Shown here in pieces: positions 1-9,551 of a stretch of DNA of 32,000 nt. Each line of letters starts with the position of its first letter. Position 1 is the stretch's first letter. The stretch is taken from assembly GCF_000039765.1 (NCBI RefSeq), contig NC_004460.2:600001-632000 (forward strand), written 5' to 3'. The notes beneath the pieces were generated by a model. The model was not told the DNA's origin. It saw only the letters and a program-made list of their open reading frames with translations, and searched no databases. The position numbers were made by a program, and so were the translations under genes. Source of the stretch: Vibrio vulnificus CMCP6 (GTDB lineage: Bacteria; Pseudomonadota; Gammaproteobacteria; Enterobacterales; Vibrionaceae).

Positions 1-1
1 T

Positions 2-373
2 GCCGATATTGTTCTGAAGCACAGTAATTTGCGCTCCGCCTCAATTGTCGATGCACGATCTATGGAACGGTTTTTAGCTCAGGTCCCAGAGCCCAGAGAA
101 GGTATACGCAGTGGCCACATTCCGGGTTCCCTGTGTTTGCCGTTTTCACAACTGATGGACAAAGGCCATATTAAACCTTTGTCTGGTTTGCAAGAGGCTT
201 TCGAGTCGCTACCATTAGACCAGAGTAAACCGATCATTTTCAGTTGTGGCTCGGGGGTCACTGCATGCATTTTGTTATTAGGCGCATACCTAATCGGTTA
301 CAAAAATTTGTCTGTCTACGACGGTTCATGGACGGAATGGGGAGCCAACCCTCAATTACCTATTGAACCTTAA
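2..373 (+). CDS. sseA: 3-mercaptopyruvate/thiosulfate sulfurtransferase (rhodanese), C-terminal part; 5' end outside window
   Basis: Frame is open from the window edge to TAA 371-373. Active-site loop FSCGSGVTA (CGSGVTA is the SseA/MST-type rhodanese loop) is followed by YDGSWTEWG. Confidence 0.8.
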   Translation, partial: ADIVLKHSNLRSASIVDARSMERFLAQVPEPREGIRSGHIPGSLCLPFSQLMDKGHIKPLSGLQEAFESLPLDQSKPIIFSCGSGVTACILLLGAYLIGYKNLSVYDGSWTEWGANPQLPIEP

Positions 374-402
374 CGAAGACAGCGTCAAACAGAAGGCAAA
401 GA

Positions 403-2679
403 ATGGCTGGAATGAAGAAAAATATTTGGCTGCTATATTGGGTCCTCGTGGTGGTTACCATGGGGCTTTTTATCCTTTTTGGCCATAATTTCTATCATTC
501 CAACCTACAGAAATACCAAGATAAGCAACTGCTGCAACTTGAACTTTTTGCGGCTTCCGTCGACTCACTGTTCAAAAGCCAAGAGTCCCTACTCGAAGTG
601 GTTGGGCATCAATTAGTCGAGCAAAGCGATTTCACTCGGACGGCAGCCATGCAGATACGGCCGCTACTCGATAACTTGATGCGTATTCATCCTATTATTG
701 CTGGTTTTGGCCTTGCTAATCCTAATGGTGACTTTATCGCGGTCAGCAGCAATGTCGATTTAGCGCGAGCAGAAAACTTAATCGCCAACCCCGCGACAAA
801 AATCGGTTTCATCGAAGCGCTCAATTCCAATCGTATGGTATTGGGGCATACCTACTATTTTGATGCCATCGATTCCTTGGTGATTCCCATTCGCAAATCC
901 ATTCGCAATCAGCGCGGTGAAGTGGAAGCCGTCATGACCGCGGGACTAAAAGTCGAGTCGACACTGGTTTTTCGCAACAATATTCATGCGAACCCCTACA
1001 ATATTGTGAGCCTGATACGAGAAGACTTGTACCGCACTTTTGTTTCTGCCGACGCCTCCCTCGTCAATCGTTACGATGCACCCATTGACGATCATCGTTA
1101 CAAAGAGGTCATCGCCGCGGCGGCTTCTCAGTTATCGCTTTCCGAACCGGAACTCAAAGCTTCTCAAAAAGCCGTCACAGTGACGACAAATGGCCCCCAA
1201 GTCTCCTATCTAATGACAGTGAAATACCTGTCGGATTATAAAGTTTGGGCCGTTTCTGCTACTGAAATGCATTTTATTCGTCAACAGTTTTACAGCCAAC
1301 TCGGCTTCTACCTGCTGATCTTCACTATCTTACAGCTCGCGTTTTACGGCTTAGTGCGCTCGATCGCCAACAACGAACAACAAACCATTGAACGCTTAAA
1401 CAAACAAGCGACACACGACACCTTAACTGGCCTGCCAAACAGACTCTATTTGCGCAATAACGTAAACAGTTGGCTCAAAAATAAAACGTCGCCTTTTTCA
1501 CTGCTGTTCATTGATATGGATAACTTTAAAAGTGTCAACGACACTCATGGTCACGATTTTGGTGACCAAGTTCTAAAACAAATCACGCAACGATTAGGTT
1601 CATTCAACAACGACCAACGCTTGTTGGTGCGTGAAGCCAGCGATGAATTCATTTTATTGGTAAAAGAGAGCGATCCTGCGTTACTTAAGTCATTAGCGAC
1701 TACCATGATCGCTAAAATGGCCGAGCCTTATGTGATTAACGACGTTCAGTTCCTATTAAGCTGTAGCGTAGGCATCGCCGTTTATCCCACTCACGGCAAT
1801 GACCTCGACGCGTTACTTCGCGCCGCCGATATCTCGATGTATCGTGCCAAACAAGAGCGTAACTCGTTCAATATTTTCACCACTGAAATGCAAGAGCAGC
1901 ATTTATACAAAACGAAAGTTGAACAACGTTTAAGATTTGCGATTGAACAACAAAAGCTCTTTATGGTTTACCAACCTCAGGTTGATATGGATGGCAAGCT
2001 GCATGGTGTCGAAGCCTTGGTTCGCTGGCAGGACGAAGAGCTCGGTTTTGTCCCACCCGATCTGTTTATTCCTGTCGCCGAAAGCTCAGGACTCATGGTT
2101 AAACTGGGTAAATTCATCATTGAACGCAGTGTCAGTGATATTGCGAGCTATGTGCTGCCACAACGTCAAGACTTGAATCTCTCAATCAACATCTCTGTAA
2201 AACAGTTTATTCAGCAGGATTTTGCTGAGCACCTTCTCACCACCATCGACACGGCAAGACTCGATAGAAAGCGCATTACTCTCGAAATTACGGAAAACTT
2301 GTTTATTGAAGATCTTGAGCAGTTCAAACCCATTTGTAATGAAATGAACCAACAAGGGCTCAAAATCTCTCTGGATGATTTTGGTACCGGCTATTCCTCG
2401 TTGAGCATGCTAAAAGATCTGCCCATTGACGAGCTGAAGATCGACAAGAGCTTTGTCGACAACATCGAGAATGACGCAAAGTCTTTCAACATGGTCAAAA
2501 ACATCATCGCTATCGGGAAAAACTTTGGCATGGCAGTGTTGGCCGAAGGGGTAGAAACGGAGTTGCAAGCGAACAAACTGGCGGAATGTGGTTGCGACTT
2601 GTTGCAAGGCTACTACTACGCGAAACCGCTCAATGTCGAGCAACTGCAAAGCTATCTGGACGAACAGACGGAAAAATAG
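403..2679 (+). CDS. Membrane-bound GGDEF-EAL protein with a periplasmic sensor region; degenerate GGDEF (ASDEF), intact EAL (likely c-di-GMP phosphodiesterase)
   Basis: 758-aa ORF. TM helix (IWLLYWVLVVVTMGLFILF), about 265 aa predicted periplasmic, second TM (LGFYLLIFTILQLAFYGLV). GGDEF domain motifs LTGLPNR and FIDMDNFKSVND, but the signature reads ASDEF. EAL domain has EALVR, LEITE, DDFGTGYSS, KIDKSF, EGVE, QGY. An alternative start at ATG 412 is possible. Confidence 0.9.
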   Translation: MAGMKKNIWLLYWVLVVVTMGLFILFGHNFYHSNLQKYQDKQLLQLELFAASVDSLFKSQESLLEVVGHQLVEQSDFTRTAAMQIRPLLDNLMRIHPIIAGFGLANPNGDFIAVSSNVDLARAENLIANPATKIGFIEALNSNRMVLGHTYYFDAIDSLVIPIRKSIRNQRGEVEAVMTAGLKVESTLVFRNNIHANPYNIVSLIREDLYRTFVSADASLVNRYDAPIDDHRYKEVIAAAASQLSLSEPELKASQKAVTVTTNGPQVSYLMTVKYLSDYKVWAVSATEMHFIRQQFYSQLGFYLLIFTILQLAFYGLVRSIANNEQQTIERLNKQATHDTLTGLPNRLYLRNNVNSWLKNKTSPFSLLFIDMDNFKSVNDTHGHDFGDQVLKQITQRLGSFNNDQRLLVREASDEFILLVKESDPALLKSLATTMIAKMAEPYVINDVQFLLSCSVGIAVYPTHGNDLDALLRAADISMYRAKQERNSFNIFTTEMQEQHLYKTKVEQRLRFAIEQQKLFMVYQPQVDMDGKLHGVEALVRWQDEELGFVPPDLFIPVAESSGLMVKLGKFIIERSVSDIASYVLPQRQDLNLSINISVKQFIQQDFAEHLLTTIDTARLDRKRITLEITENLFIEDLEQFKPICNEMNQQGLKISLDDFGTGYSSLSMLKDLPIDELKIDKSFVDNIENDAKSFNMVKNIIAIGKNFGMAVLAEGVETELQANKLAECGCDLLQGYYYAKPLNVEQLQSYLDEQTEK

Positions 2680-2706
2680 ACGCTCATTACCCAATTACGG
2701 TGAAAC

Positions 2707-2733
2707 AAAAACCCGCTAAAGCAGCGGGTTTTT
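2707..2733. terminator. Bidirectional rho-independent terminator between convergent genes
   Basis: aaaaACCCGCT-aaagc-AGCGGGTtttt. Perfect 7-bp GC-rich stem flanked by an A-run and a T-run, between stop 2679 (+) and stop 2757 (-). Confidence 0.7.
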
Positions 2734-2756
2734 ATATCAAAGCCAATGATTGAACT

Positions 2757-4067
2757 TTACTTGCTCGTCATTTCAGCATGCATGGTATCAACCAATTTAC
2801 CGCTTGGATCACCAGAGAGTTCCCACGTAAAGATGCCTCCTAGATTTGATTGCTTCGCCCACTGTGCTTTCGCTTTAATCGAGCGCTGATCTTCAAAGGA
2901 GATAAAGACTTTTTTCTCTGGGTTCCACAAATAAGGTGCTTGAGACTGTTCGTCGTAGTTGTACTGATAGCCTTGTTTCTCCCCATAGTTCTTCACCAGA
3001 TCCCAGAACATGAAGTAGCCATTCTCGCCAGTGCCAAATTGCGCCCCTTGTTCAGAGAGCAGATCCCCTTTCGGCGCTTGACCGTCATAGTCTTTTGTTC
3101 CCTGCCATCCACGGCCATAGAACGCCGCGCCAATCACGAGCTTTTCACTTGGAATGCCAAGTTCAATCATCTGATTGATGAAAACATCTGCGCCCATGCC
3201 CCACCAACTGCGTTCTGTGGCATGCAAGTTGGTGGTGTGTCCGGTCTGCTGCCCCCACCCACCGAGGAAGTCATAGGTCATCGCAAACATGTTGGTGAGA
3301 TAGGGCTGTGCGGCTTTCCAATCGATTTGTGCCGCTTTCGCGCCCACACCAACCGCTGTTGACAGTTCATACTCTCGATTGGTTTTCTTTTCTAACGCAT
3401 CAAGATCGGCACGCAACGTTTTGACTAAGTAAGTAAAAGCATCACGCTCTGCCGCTTTCTGTTCATCAGACAGTTTCGTCGCAGGATTCCAAGGGGACGT
3501 GGTTAAGCCACCACCGCCCGGGTATTCCCAGTCCAAGTCAATGCCGTCAAAGAAGTCATATTGTTTGATAAGTTCAACGGCGGTTTTAGAGAACTGCGCC
3601 ATTGCTTTGGGATCCTTGGCCATTGCATGAAACGGCTCAGACATGGTCCAGCCACCAAAAGAAGGAAGGATTTTAAGATCTGGGTGCTGTTTCTTCAGTT
3701 CCGCAAGCTGGGCAAAATGGCCTTTGAATGGCACCTTCACCGATACCTTGCCGAAGTCTTTTTCTAGGGCGGCTTCGGTATCAACGACAATCGCACTGAA
3801 TGGCTCTTTGCCTTCGCACTGTTTGGCTACCAACTTTTGTACTGTCTCTGATGCTCCAGTGTGAGGACCACACATGCTTAAAAAGGCGTAGATAACATGA
3901 GTCAGCTTTTCTGCAGGAATATCTTTCACCGTGTAAGGATTTGAAGCATTCGCGTATTGCCAATCGGCAAAGTAACCCGCAACCACTTTTTCTTGCGCAA
4001 CAGCGCTACCAGCAAACGCGCTGAACAAAGCAGCGGTAATCAATGTTTTTTTCATAAGTCCCTCCAA
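2757..4067 (-). CDS. Secreted glycoside hydrolase family 18 (chitinase/chitodextrinase-like), catalytic domain only
   Basis: 436-aa ORF. Signal peptide MKKTLITAALFSAFAGSAVA. GH18 catalytic signature FDGIDLDWEYPGGGG (DxxDxDxE with the catalytic Glu). N-terminal strand VAGYFADW and YAF motif. No recognisable carbohydrate-binding module. Confidence 0.85.
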   Translation of the reverse strand: MEGLMKKTLITAALFSAFAGSAVAQEKVVAGYFADWQYANASNPYTVKDIPAEKLTHVIYAFLSMCGPHTGASETVQKLVAKQCEGKEPFSAIVVDTEAALEKDFGKVSVKVPFKGHFAQLAELKKQHPDLKILPSFGGWTMSEPFHAMAKDPKAMAQFSKTAVELIKQYDFFDGIDLDWEYPGGGGLTTSPWNPATKLSDEQKAAERDAFTYLVKTLRADLDALEKKTNREYELSTAVGVGAKAAQIDWKAAQPYLTNMFAMTYDFLGGWGQQTGHTTNLHATERSWWGMGADVFINQMIELGIPSEKLVIGAAFYGRGWQGTKDYDGQAPKGDLLSEQGAQFGTGENGYFMFWDLVKNYGEKQGYQYNYDEQSQAPYLWNPEKKVFISFEDQRSIKAKAQWAKQSNLGGIFTWELSGDPSGKLVDTMHAEMTSK

Positions 4068-4121
4068 GTAACTGGTTTAAAGCTACTCCTCGGGATTATT
4101 TTCAGCTTAGAAATCAAATCA

Positions 4122-4162
4122 AATCAGGCTGCGAGTCATTTATAAAATCTCACAGCCTGATT
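4122..4162 (-). terminator. Hairpin downstream of the SorC-family gene (possible terminator)
   Basis: 10-bp perfect arms AATCAGGCTG (4122-4131) and CAGCCTGATT (4153-4162) with a 21-nt loop. On the minus strand it is followed by the U-rich tgatttgatttct. The large loop lowers confidence. Confidence 0.35.
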
Positions 4163-4196
4163 GCACAAATTGCATAAAAATATGCCACCTGATCTG

Positions 4197-5189
4197 CTAT
4201 TGCGCTTTACCTTGCATTTGCTCGTCAAGGTTCAGTACGGTAAGCGCGTTACTCACGCTCGTGGCAATAACGTCAATAGCTCCCGTTCTTAGCGCACCAA
4301 GCAGTGCCAAGGGTTTGCTGTTCTCAGCCGCGATGGCGATGACTTGGGAGATCGGCCTAAACTCTTCAATACCTAAACCAATCACACGATCGCTCATCAC
4401 GGTATTCGCGACGTTGCCATAAATATCAAAAAAGTCATAACCTGCGAAATCCCCCACAACACCTTGCTGTAAGCGAGACTGCACCACTTCATCGGGGGTA
4501 AACCACCCAAGATCGACCATATAGCTGTTCTCACTCATGTCACCAATCCCAATCAGAGCGATGTCGGCTTTGCGTGCGAGATCGAGAGTCTGTTTCACGG
4601 TCGCGTTTTGCATGAATGCCATTTTCTGCTCACGGTTTTCTGCGTACGCAGGCGCATAGAGTGTTTCTGATGTGCCACCATATTTTTTCGCCAACTGGCG
4701 GCAAATATGGTCAGCGTTAAACATACCGCCGCGAGGGTGAATCCCACCAATCCCACAGACAAATTTGCAGTCGCGGGAAGTAATGACACCAACGTGGTGC
4801 GCAACCGCAGAGACATTTCGTCCTTGCCCAACCGAAACCACCATGCCATTTTTTAATGTGCTCGTCAGGTAGTTCGAGACCAAACCGGCCACTTGCTGGC
4901 GCTGTGCTTCTTCGTGGGGTTGGTCAAGCGCGACTAATGCTCGCTTCACACCAAAGCGTTCAATTAGACGCTGCTCAATTTTGGCGCTGAACACCGGGTG
5001 ATACTTCACGGTGATTTCGACGATCCCTTCGTCCCTTGCTTGCTTAAGCATTCGGCCCACTTTGGCGCGAGAAACCGAAAACTTCTTTGAAATCTCTTCC
5101 TGAGTAGCGCCATCCTGATAGTAAGCGACCGAGATCTCAGTCAGAAGATCCGTGCTTTCAATCGATATATCTTGGTTTGAACTGCTCAT
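4197..5189 (-). CDS. SorC/DeoR-family sugar-(phosphate)-binding transcriptional regulator
   Basis: N-terminal HTH (QEEISKKFSVSRAKVGRMLKQARDEGIVEI) plus a C-terminal SorC-type sugar-binding domain. Start re-called to ATG 5189 (MSSSNQ...), which is preceded by GAGGGTGAGAG. The track start 5207 has no SD. Confidence 0.8.
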   Translation of the reverse strand: MSSSNQDISIESTDLLTEISVAYYQDGATQEEISKKFSVSRAKVGRMLKQARDEGIVEITVKYHPVFSAKIEQRLIERFGVKRALVALDQPHEEAQRQQVAGLVSNYLTSTLKNGMVVSVGQGRNVSAVAHHVGVITSRDCKFVCGIGGIHPRGGMFNADHICRQLAKKYGGTSETLYAPAYAENREQKMAFMQNATVKQTLDLARKADIALIGIGDMSENSYMVDLGWFTPDEVVQSRLQQGVVGDFAGYDFFDIYGNVANTVMSDRVIGLGIEEFRPISQVIAIAAENSKPLALLGALRTGAIDVIATSVSNALTVLNLDEQMQGKAQ

Positions 5190-5233
5190 ATTTACTCTCA
5201 CCCTCATTTCAGAGTGCTATTTTAATCTGCCAT

Positions 5234-5247
5234 TGAGCATATGCTCA
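5234..5247. promoter_or_regulatory. 14-bp perfect palindrome TGAGCATATGCTCA, candidate operator in the SorC-regulator/talB divergent region
   Basis: Perfect dyad located 45-58 nt upstream of the regulator start. Related half-site copies GCTCATTGA(C) at 5243-5251 and 5290-5298, GCTCATTCA at 5429-5437, and inverted TGATGAGC at 5410-5417. Confidence 0.4.
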
Positions 5248-5652
5248 TTGACTTAGCATATGTTACACACGATTCTAACCGCAACTTTTGCTCATTGAAA
5301 TGACATTTTCTCAGTAAAGATTTTGTTAATGACTTTCACTCACTAAACCTTACCGAGTAAGGGCAAACGTTTAATTGTTGTTTGTTCGATTTTGCGCGAA
5401 AAAAAACGTTGATGAGCATCACCTTAAAGCTCATTCAACCATTGACTTTCCTACACGTTAGGATAAATATGAACACATCATTTACTCAGCCATCGAGCAA
5501 ATGTTCAAAACAAATGTTCGGTCGCTAAATTTTTTCTGATGAATAGAGCGTGCATTGTAAAAATCGCACTAAACTATTCGCTAGTCAGTTTACAAATGTA
5601 TTGGCTTGGGTGTGTACACCGAGCGATAGCCCGTTATATAGGATGATCGATT

Positions 5653-6603
5653 ATGAGCAACAAGTTAGAGCAACTTCGCAAGCTAACAACTGTCGTAGCA
5701 GACACTGGTGAAATTGATGCAATCAAGAAATACCAACCAGAAGATGCAACCACAAACCCTTCTCTGATTCTTAAAGCTGCTCAAATCGCTGAGTATGCAC
5801 CTCTGATCGATGCTTCTATCGAGTATGCAAAAACTCAAAGCGATGACAAAGCACAGCAGATCCAAGACACTTGCGACATGCTTGCAGTAAACATCGGTAA
5901 AGAAATCCTAAAAACAATCCCAGGTCGTATCTCTACAGAAGTGGATGCTCGCCTATCTTACGATATGGAAGGCAGCGTAGCGAAAGCTCGCCAACTAGTG
6001 AAAATGTACAACGATGCGGGCATCACTAACGATCGCATTCTGATCAAACTGGCGTCTACTTGGGAAGGTATTCGCGCAGCGGAAATCCTAGAGAAAGAAG
6101 GCATCAACTGTAACCTGACTCTTCTATTCTCATTCGCTCAAGCGCGTGCTTGTGCAGAAGCGGGCGTATTCCTGATCTCTCCATTCGTTGGTCGTATCAT
6201 GGACTGGTACAAGGCGAAAGAAGGCCGTGATTTTGAAGCTCAAGAAGATCCAGGCGTATTGTCTGTCACTAAGATCTACAACTACTACAAAGAGTACGGC
6301 TATAAAACCGTCGTTATGGGCGCAAGCTTCCGTAACATCGGTGAGATCCTAGAATTGGCTGGTTGTGACCGTCTGACTATCGCGCCAGCTCTACTTGCAG
6401 AGCTAGAAGCGGCTGAAGGTGAAGTGGTTGAGAAACTGGTTGACTCTAAAGGCGCAGCAGAGCGTCCAGCAGCAATGACTCACGCGGAATTCCTATGGGA
6501 GCACAACCAAGACCCAATGGCGGTTGAGAAGCTGGCAGAAGGTATCCGTAACTTCGCCGTTGACCAAGGCAAACTAGAAGCGATGATTGCAGCGAAACTG
6601 TAA
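5653..6603 (+). CDS. talB: Transaldolase B
   Basis: 316-aa ORF with near full-length recognisable identity to enterobacterial/Vibrio TalB ([18 protein letters not shown], active-site Lys region [20 protein letters not shown]). Strongly biased, highly-expressed-type codon usage. Confidence 0.95.
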   Translation: MSNKLEQLRKLTTVVADTGEIDAIKKYQPEDATTNPSLILKAAQIAEYAPLIDASIEYAKTQSDDKAQQIQDTCDMLAVNIGKEILKTIPGRISTEVDARLSYDMEGSVAKARQLVKMYNDAGITNDRILIKLASTWEGIRAAEILEKEGINCNLTLLFSFAQARACAEAGVFLISPFVGRIMDWYKAKEGRDFEAQEDPGVLSVTKIYNYYKEYGYKTVVMGASFRNIGEILELAGCDRLTIAPALLAELEAAEGEVVEKLVDSKGAAERPAAMTHAEFLWEHNQDPMAVEKLAEGIRNFAVDQGKLEAMIAAKL

Positions 6604-6620
6604 TCACACAGAATCAAACT

Positions 6621-6642
6621 AGGGGAACGCAAACGTTCCCCT
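6621..6642 (+). terminator. Intercistronic hairpin between talB and tktA (partial terminator/attenuator or mRNA-stabilising stem)
   Basis: AGGGGAACG-caaa-CGTTCCCCT, a 9-bp perfect stem followed by the U-rich acttatttcctctttt. Lies 18 nt after the talB stop and 43 nt before the tktA start. Confidence 0.45.
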
Positions 6643-6684
6643 ACTTATTTCCTCTTTTGACTCAAATAATATTCGGTATTTATT

Positions 6685-8676
6685 ATGGATCGTAAACAAC
6701 TCGCTAATGCAATCCGCGCACTCAGCATGGACGGCGTACAAAAAGCAAACTCAGGCCACCCAGGCGCACCTATGGGTATGGCGGACATCGCTGAAGTTCT
6801 TTGGCGCGGCCACCTAAACCACAACCCATCAAACCCTGAATGGGCTGACCGCGACCGTTTCGTACTGTCTAACGGTCACGGCTCTATGCTGATTTACTCG
6901 CTACTGCACTTGAGCGGTTACGAGCTATCTATCGACGACCTAAAGAACTTCCGTCAATTGCACTCTAAGACTCCAGGTCACCCAGAGTACGGCTACGCAC
7001 CGGGCATCGAAACAACAACTGGCCCGCTAGGCCAAGGCATCACCAACGCGGTTGGTATGGCAATGGCTGAGAAAGCGCTCGCAGCGCAATTCAACAAAGA
7101 AGGCCACGACATCGTTGACCACTTTACTTACGTGTTCATGGGCGACGGCTGTCTGATGGAAGGTATCTCGCATGAGGCTTGCTCTCTTGCTGGTACACTA
7201 GGTCTAGGCAAACTGATCGCATTCTGGGATGACAACGGCATCTCTATCGATGGTCACGTTGAAGGTTGGTTCTCTGACGACACACCTAAGCGTTTCGAAG
7301 CTTACGGCTGGCACGTCATCCCAGCAGTGGATGGTCACAATGCGGAAGCGATCAACGCAGCAATTGAAGCCGCTAAAGCAGATCCTCGCCCAACTCTAAT
7401 CTGTACTAAGACTATCATCGGTTTTGGTTCACCAAACAAATCGGGTTCACACGACTGTCACGGTGCACCACTAGGCGCTGAAGAAATTGCAGCGACACGT
7501 AAAGAACTAGGTTGGGAGCACGGTCCTTTTGAAATTCCGCAAGAAGTGTACGCAGAATGGTCAGCGAAGGAAGCAGGCGCAGCTAAGGAAGCAGCGTGGA
7601 ACGAGAAATTTGCAGCTTATGAAGCAGCATATCCAGAGCTTGCAGCAGAGTTCAAACGCCGCGTAAATGGCGAACTGCCAGCGCAGTGGGAAGAGAAAGC
7701 AAACCAAATCATTGCCGATCTTCAAGCAAACCCAGCGAACATCGCATCACGTAAAGCATCGCAAAACGCGCTAGAAGCGTTTGGTAAAATGCTACCAGAA
7801 TTCATGGGCGGCTCTGCTGACCTAGCGCCTTCTAACCTCACCATGTGGTCGGGTTCAAAGTCACTAGAAGCAAGCGACTTCTCTGGTAACTACATCCACT
7901 ACGGTGTGCGTGAATTCGGTATGACTGCGATCATGAACGGTATCGCGCTGCACGGTGGTTTCGTACCTTACGGCGCAACCTTCCTAATGTTCATGGAATA
8001 CGCACGTAACGCAATGCGTATGGCGGCTCTGATGAAAGTGCAAAACATCCAAGTGTACACGCACGATTCTATCGGTCTTGGCGAAGATGGCCCAACTCAC
8101 CAACCCGTTGAGCAAATCGCATCGCTACGTCTAACGCCAAACATGAGCACATGGCGTCCATGTGACCAAGTTGAGTCTGCGGTAGCTTGGAAACTAGCAA
8201 TTGAACGTAAAGATGGTCCATCGGCACTGATTTTCTCTCGTCAAAACCTAGCACAACAACCACGCAGCGCTGAGCAAGTGGCAGACATCGCCAAAGGTGG
8301 TTACATCCTGAAAGACAGCGATGGTAAGCCTGAGCTCATCCTAATCGCGACGGGTTCAGAAGTTGAGCTAGCGGTGAAAGCGGCTGAGCAACTAACAGCT
8401 GAAGGTAAGAAAGTACGCGTGGTTTCAATGCCAGCTACTGATACTTTCGACAAGCAAGACGCGGCTTACCGTGAAGCAGTACTGCCATCAGACGTAACGG
8501 CACGTATCGCTATCGAAGCGGGCATTGCGGACTTCTGGTACAAGTACGTTGGCTTCGACGGTCGCATCATCGGCATGACTACCTTCGGTGAATCTGCACC
8601 AGCAGATCAACTGTTCGAAATGTTCGGTTTTACGGTAGAAAATGTGGTGAACACAGCGAAAGAACTTCTCGCGTAA
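6685..8676 (+). CDS. tktA: Transketolase
   Basis: 663-aa ORF. N-terminal [11 protein letters not shown] and the ThDP motif [13 protein letters not shown]...DDNGISIDG. Full-length transketolase architecture. Confidence 0.95.
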   Translation: MDRKQLANAIRALSMDGVQKANSGHPGAPMGMADIAEVLWRGHLNHNPSNPEWADRDRFVLSNGHGSMLIYSLLHLSGYELSIDDLKNFRQLHSKTPGHPEYGYAPGIETTTGPLGQGITNAVGMAMAEKALAAQFNKEGHDIVDHFTYVFMGDGCLMEGISHEACSLAGTLGLGKLIAFWDDNGISIDGHVEGWFSDDTPKRFEAYGWHVIPAVDGHNAEAINAAIEAAKADPRPTLICTKTIIGFGSPNKSGSHDCHGAPLGAEEIAATRKELGWEHGPFEIPQEVYAEWSAKEAGAAKEAAWNEKFAAYEAAYPELAAEFKRRVNGELPAQWEEKANQIIADLQANPANIASRKASQNALEAFGKMLPEFMGGSADLAPSNLTMWSGSKSLEASDFSGNYIHYGVREFGMTAIMNGIALHGGFVPYGATFLMFMEYARNAMRMAALMKVQNIQVYTHDSIGLGEDGPTHQPVEQIASLRLTPNMSTWRPCDQVESAVAWKLAIERKDGPSALIFSRQNLAQQPRSAEQVADIAKGGYILKDSDGKPELILIATGSEVELAVKAAEQLTAEGKKVRVVSMPATDTFDKQDAAYREAVLPSDVTARIAIEAGIADFWYKYVGFDGRIIGMTTFGESAPADQLFEMFGFTVENVVNTAKELLA

Positions 8677-8702
8677 TCACGATTTCTGACCAAATCAAAC
8701 TC

Positions 8703-8732
8703 AAAGCCCTGCTTTATTTAGCGGGGCTTTTT
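8703..8732 (+). terminator. Rho-independent terminator after tktA
   Basis: AAAGCCCTGC-tttattta-GCGGGGCTTT (10 bp, one G:U pair) running into TTTTT. Confidence 0.7.
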
Positions 8733-8942
8733 ATTATCCTTACTAAACCTAACTAGGCTAACTCGCCAGTCTATTTCGCCCTCCTTTTCGCTGGCCAAAA
8801 AAGCGCACAAGTTTCTTTCTACTTGCATCAAACATTCTGTTTGCCATCTTTCATCTATAGTTAAAACATCACCGCTATCAAGCCGTCACGAAAGCGATGC
8901 ACAGATCCAAAAACACAAATGAGCTATTGAGGAAGTACCATC

Positions 8943-9551
8943 GTGAACAAACGAACTATTCACTTATTGTGGTTGTCTCTAGTTTCCTTGCCCGGCTTCG
9001 CCGAGGATTTGACAGTACGGGTATTCACTCAGCAAGGGGAACCTCTTGAAAACGCGGTCGTGTTTCTCAAGTCAGACGCGCTTCTTCAGTCTCTCCAGCC
9101 GATGCCAGTAGCCGAATTAAGCCAGAACCACCGAACTTTTACCCCGAATGTACTGGTGATCACCAAAGGCAGTGCCGTTGAGTTTCCTAATCGTGATAGA
9201 GTTCGGCACCACGTTTACTCGTTCTCAAATGCAAAAACATTTGAACTCAAACTCTATTCAGGTCGGCCAGAAAAACCTGTCGTGTTTGATAAGGCGGGAG
9301 TTGTCGAGATTGGCTGCAATATTCACGATAGCATGCTGGCATGGATTTTAGTCTCCGACACACCACTCTTTGCCACAACAGACAATCAAGGCGAAGTACA
9401 CTTCACTCAGCAACAAGCCGATACGTATCAGATTGAAGTGTGGCATTCTGCGTTACCCTTTGGCTCTCCCCTCGTCACTCAAGGCACACGCTTAACGGCA
9501 AACAATGCTGCTGTCGAAATAGTGATGCCCGCGTTAGGAGGGAATCTGTGA
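8943..9551 (+). CDS. Secreted cupredoxin-fold protein with an amicyanin-like type-1 copper ligand set
   Basis: GTG start with GAGGAAG 7 nt upstream. Signal peptide ...SLVSLPGFA/EDL. Ligands His89/His90 (RVRHHVYSF) and Cys125-x2-His128-x2-Met131 (GCNIHDSM). Flanking strands resemble amicyanin (V.KG..V.F.NRD...H.V ; F.KAG..E..C..H..M). Confidence 0.75.
   Translation: MNKRTIHLLWLSLVSLPGFAEDLTVRVFTQQGEPLENAVVFLKSDALLQSLQPMPVAELSQNHRTFTPNVLVITKGSAVEFPNRDRVRHHVYSFSNAKTFELKLYSGRPEKPVVFDKAGVVEIGCNIHDSMLAWILVSDTPLFATTDNQGEVHFTQQQADTYQIEVWHSALPFGSPLVTQGTRLTANNAAVEIVMPALGGNL

Noticed and set aside
2850-3362. 170-aa plus-strand ORF antisense to the GH18 gene.
   Set aside because: It is a shadow ORF fully inside a strongly supported CDS, with no recognisable motifs and an Arg/Leu/Cys-rich composition typical of antisense frames.
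4132-4155. Possible CRP site around TCACA (4151-4155) upstream of the GH18 gene.
   Set aside because: The left half-site, at the correct 6-nt spacing, reads TTTAT versus TGTGA (2 of 5). That is not a credible CRP box.
9440-9547. The 36-codon N-terminal extension of the GGDEF-EAL ORF given in the ORF track (start 9440).
   Set aside because: It would overlap the cupredoxin CDS by 112 nt in another frame and encodes a Cys/Arg-rich non-hydrophobic peptide. An in-frame GTG at 9548 has a near-perfect AGGAGG SD and gives a normal N-terminus immediately before TM1.
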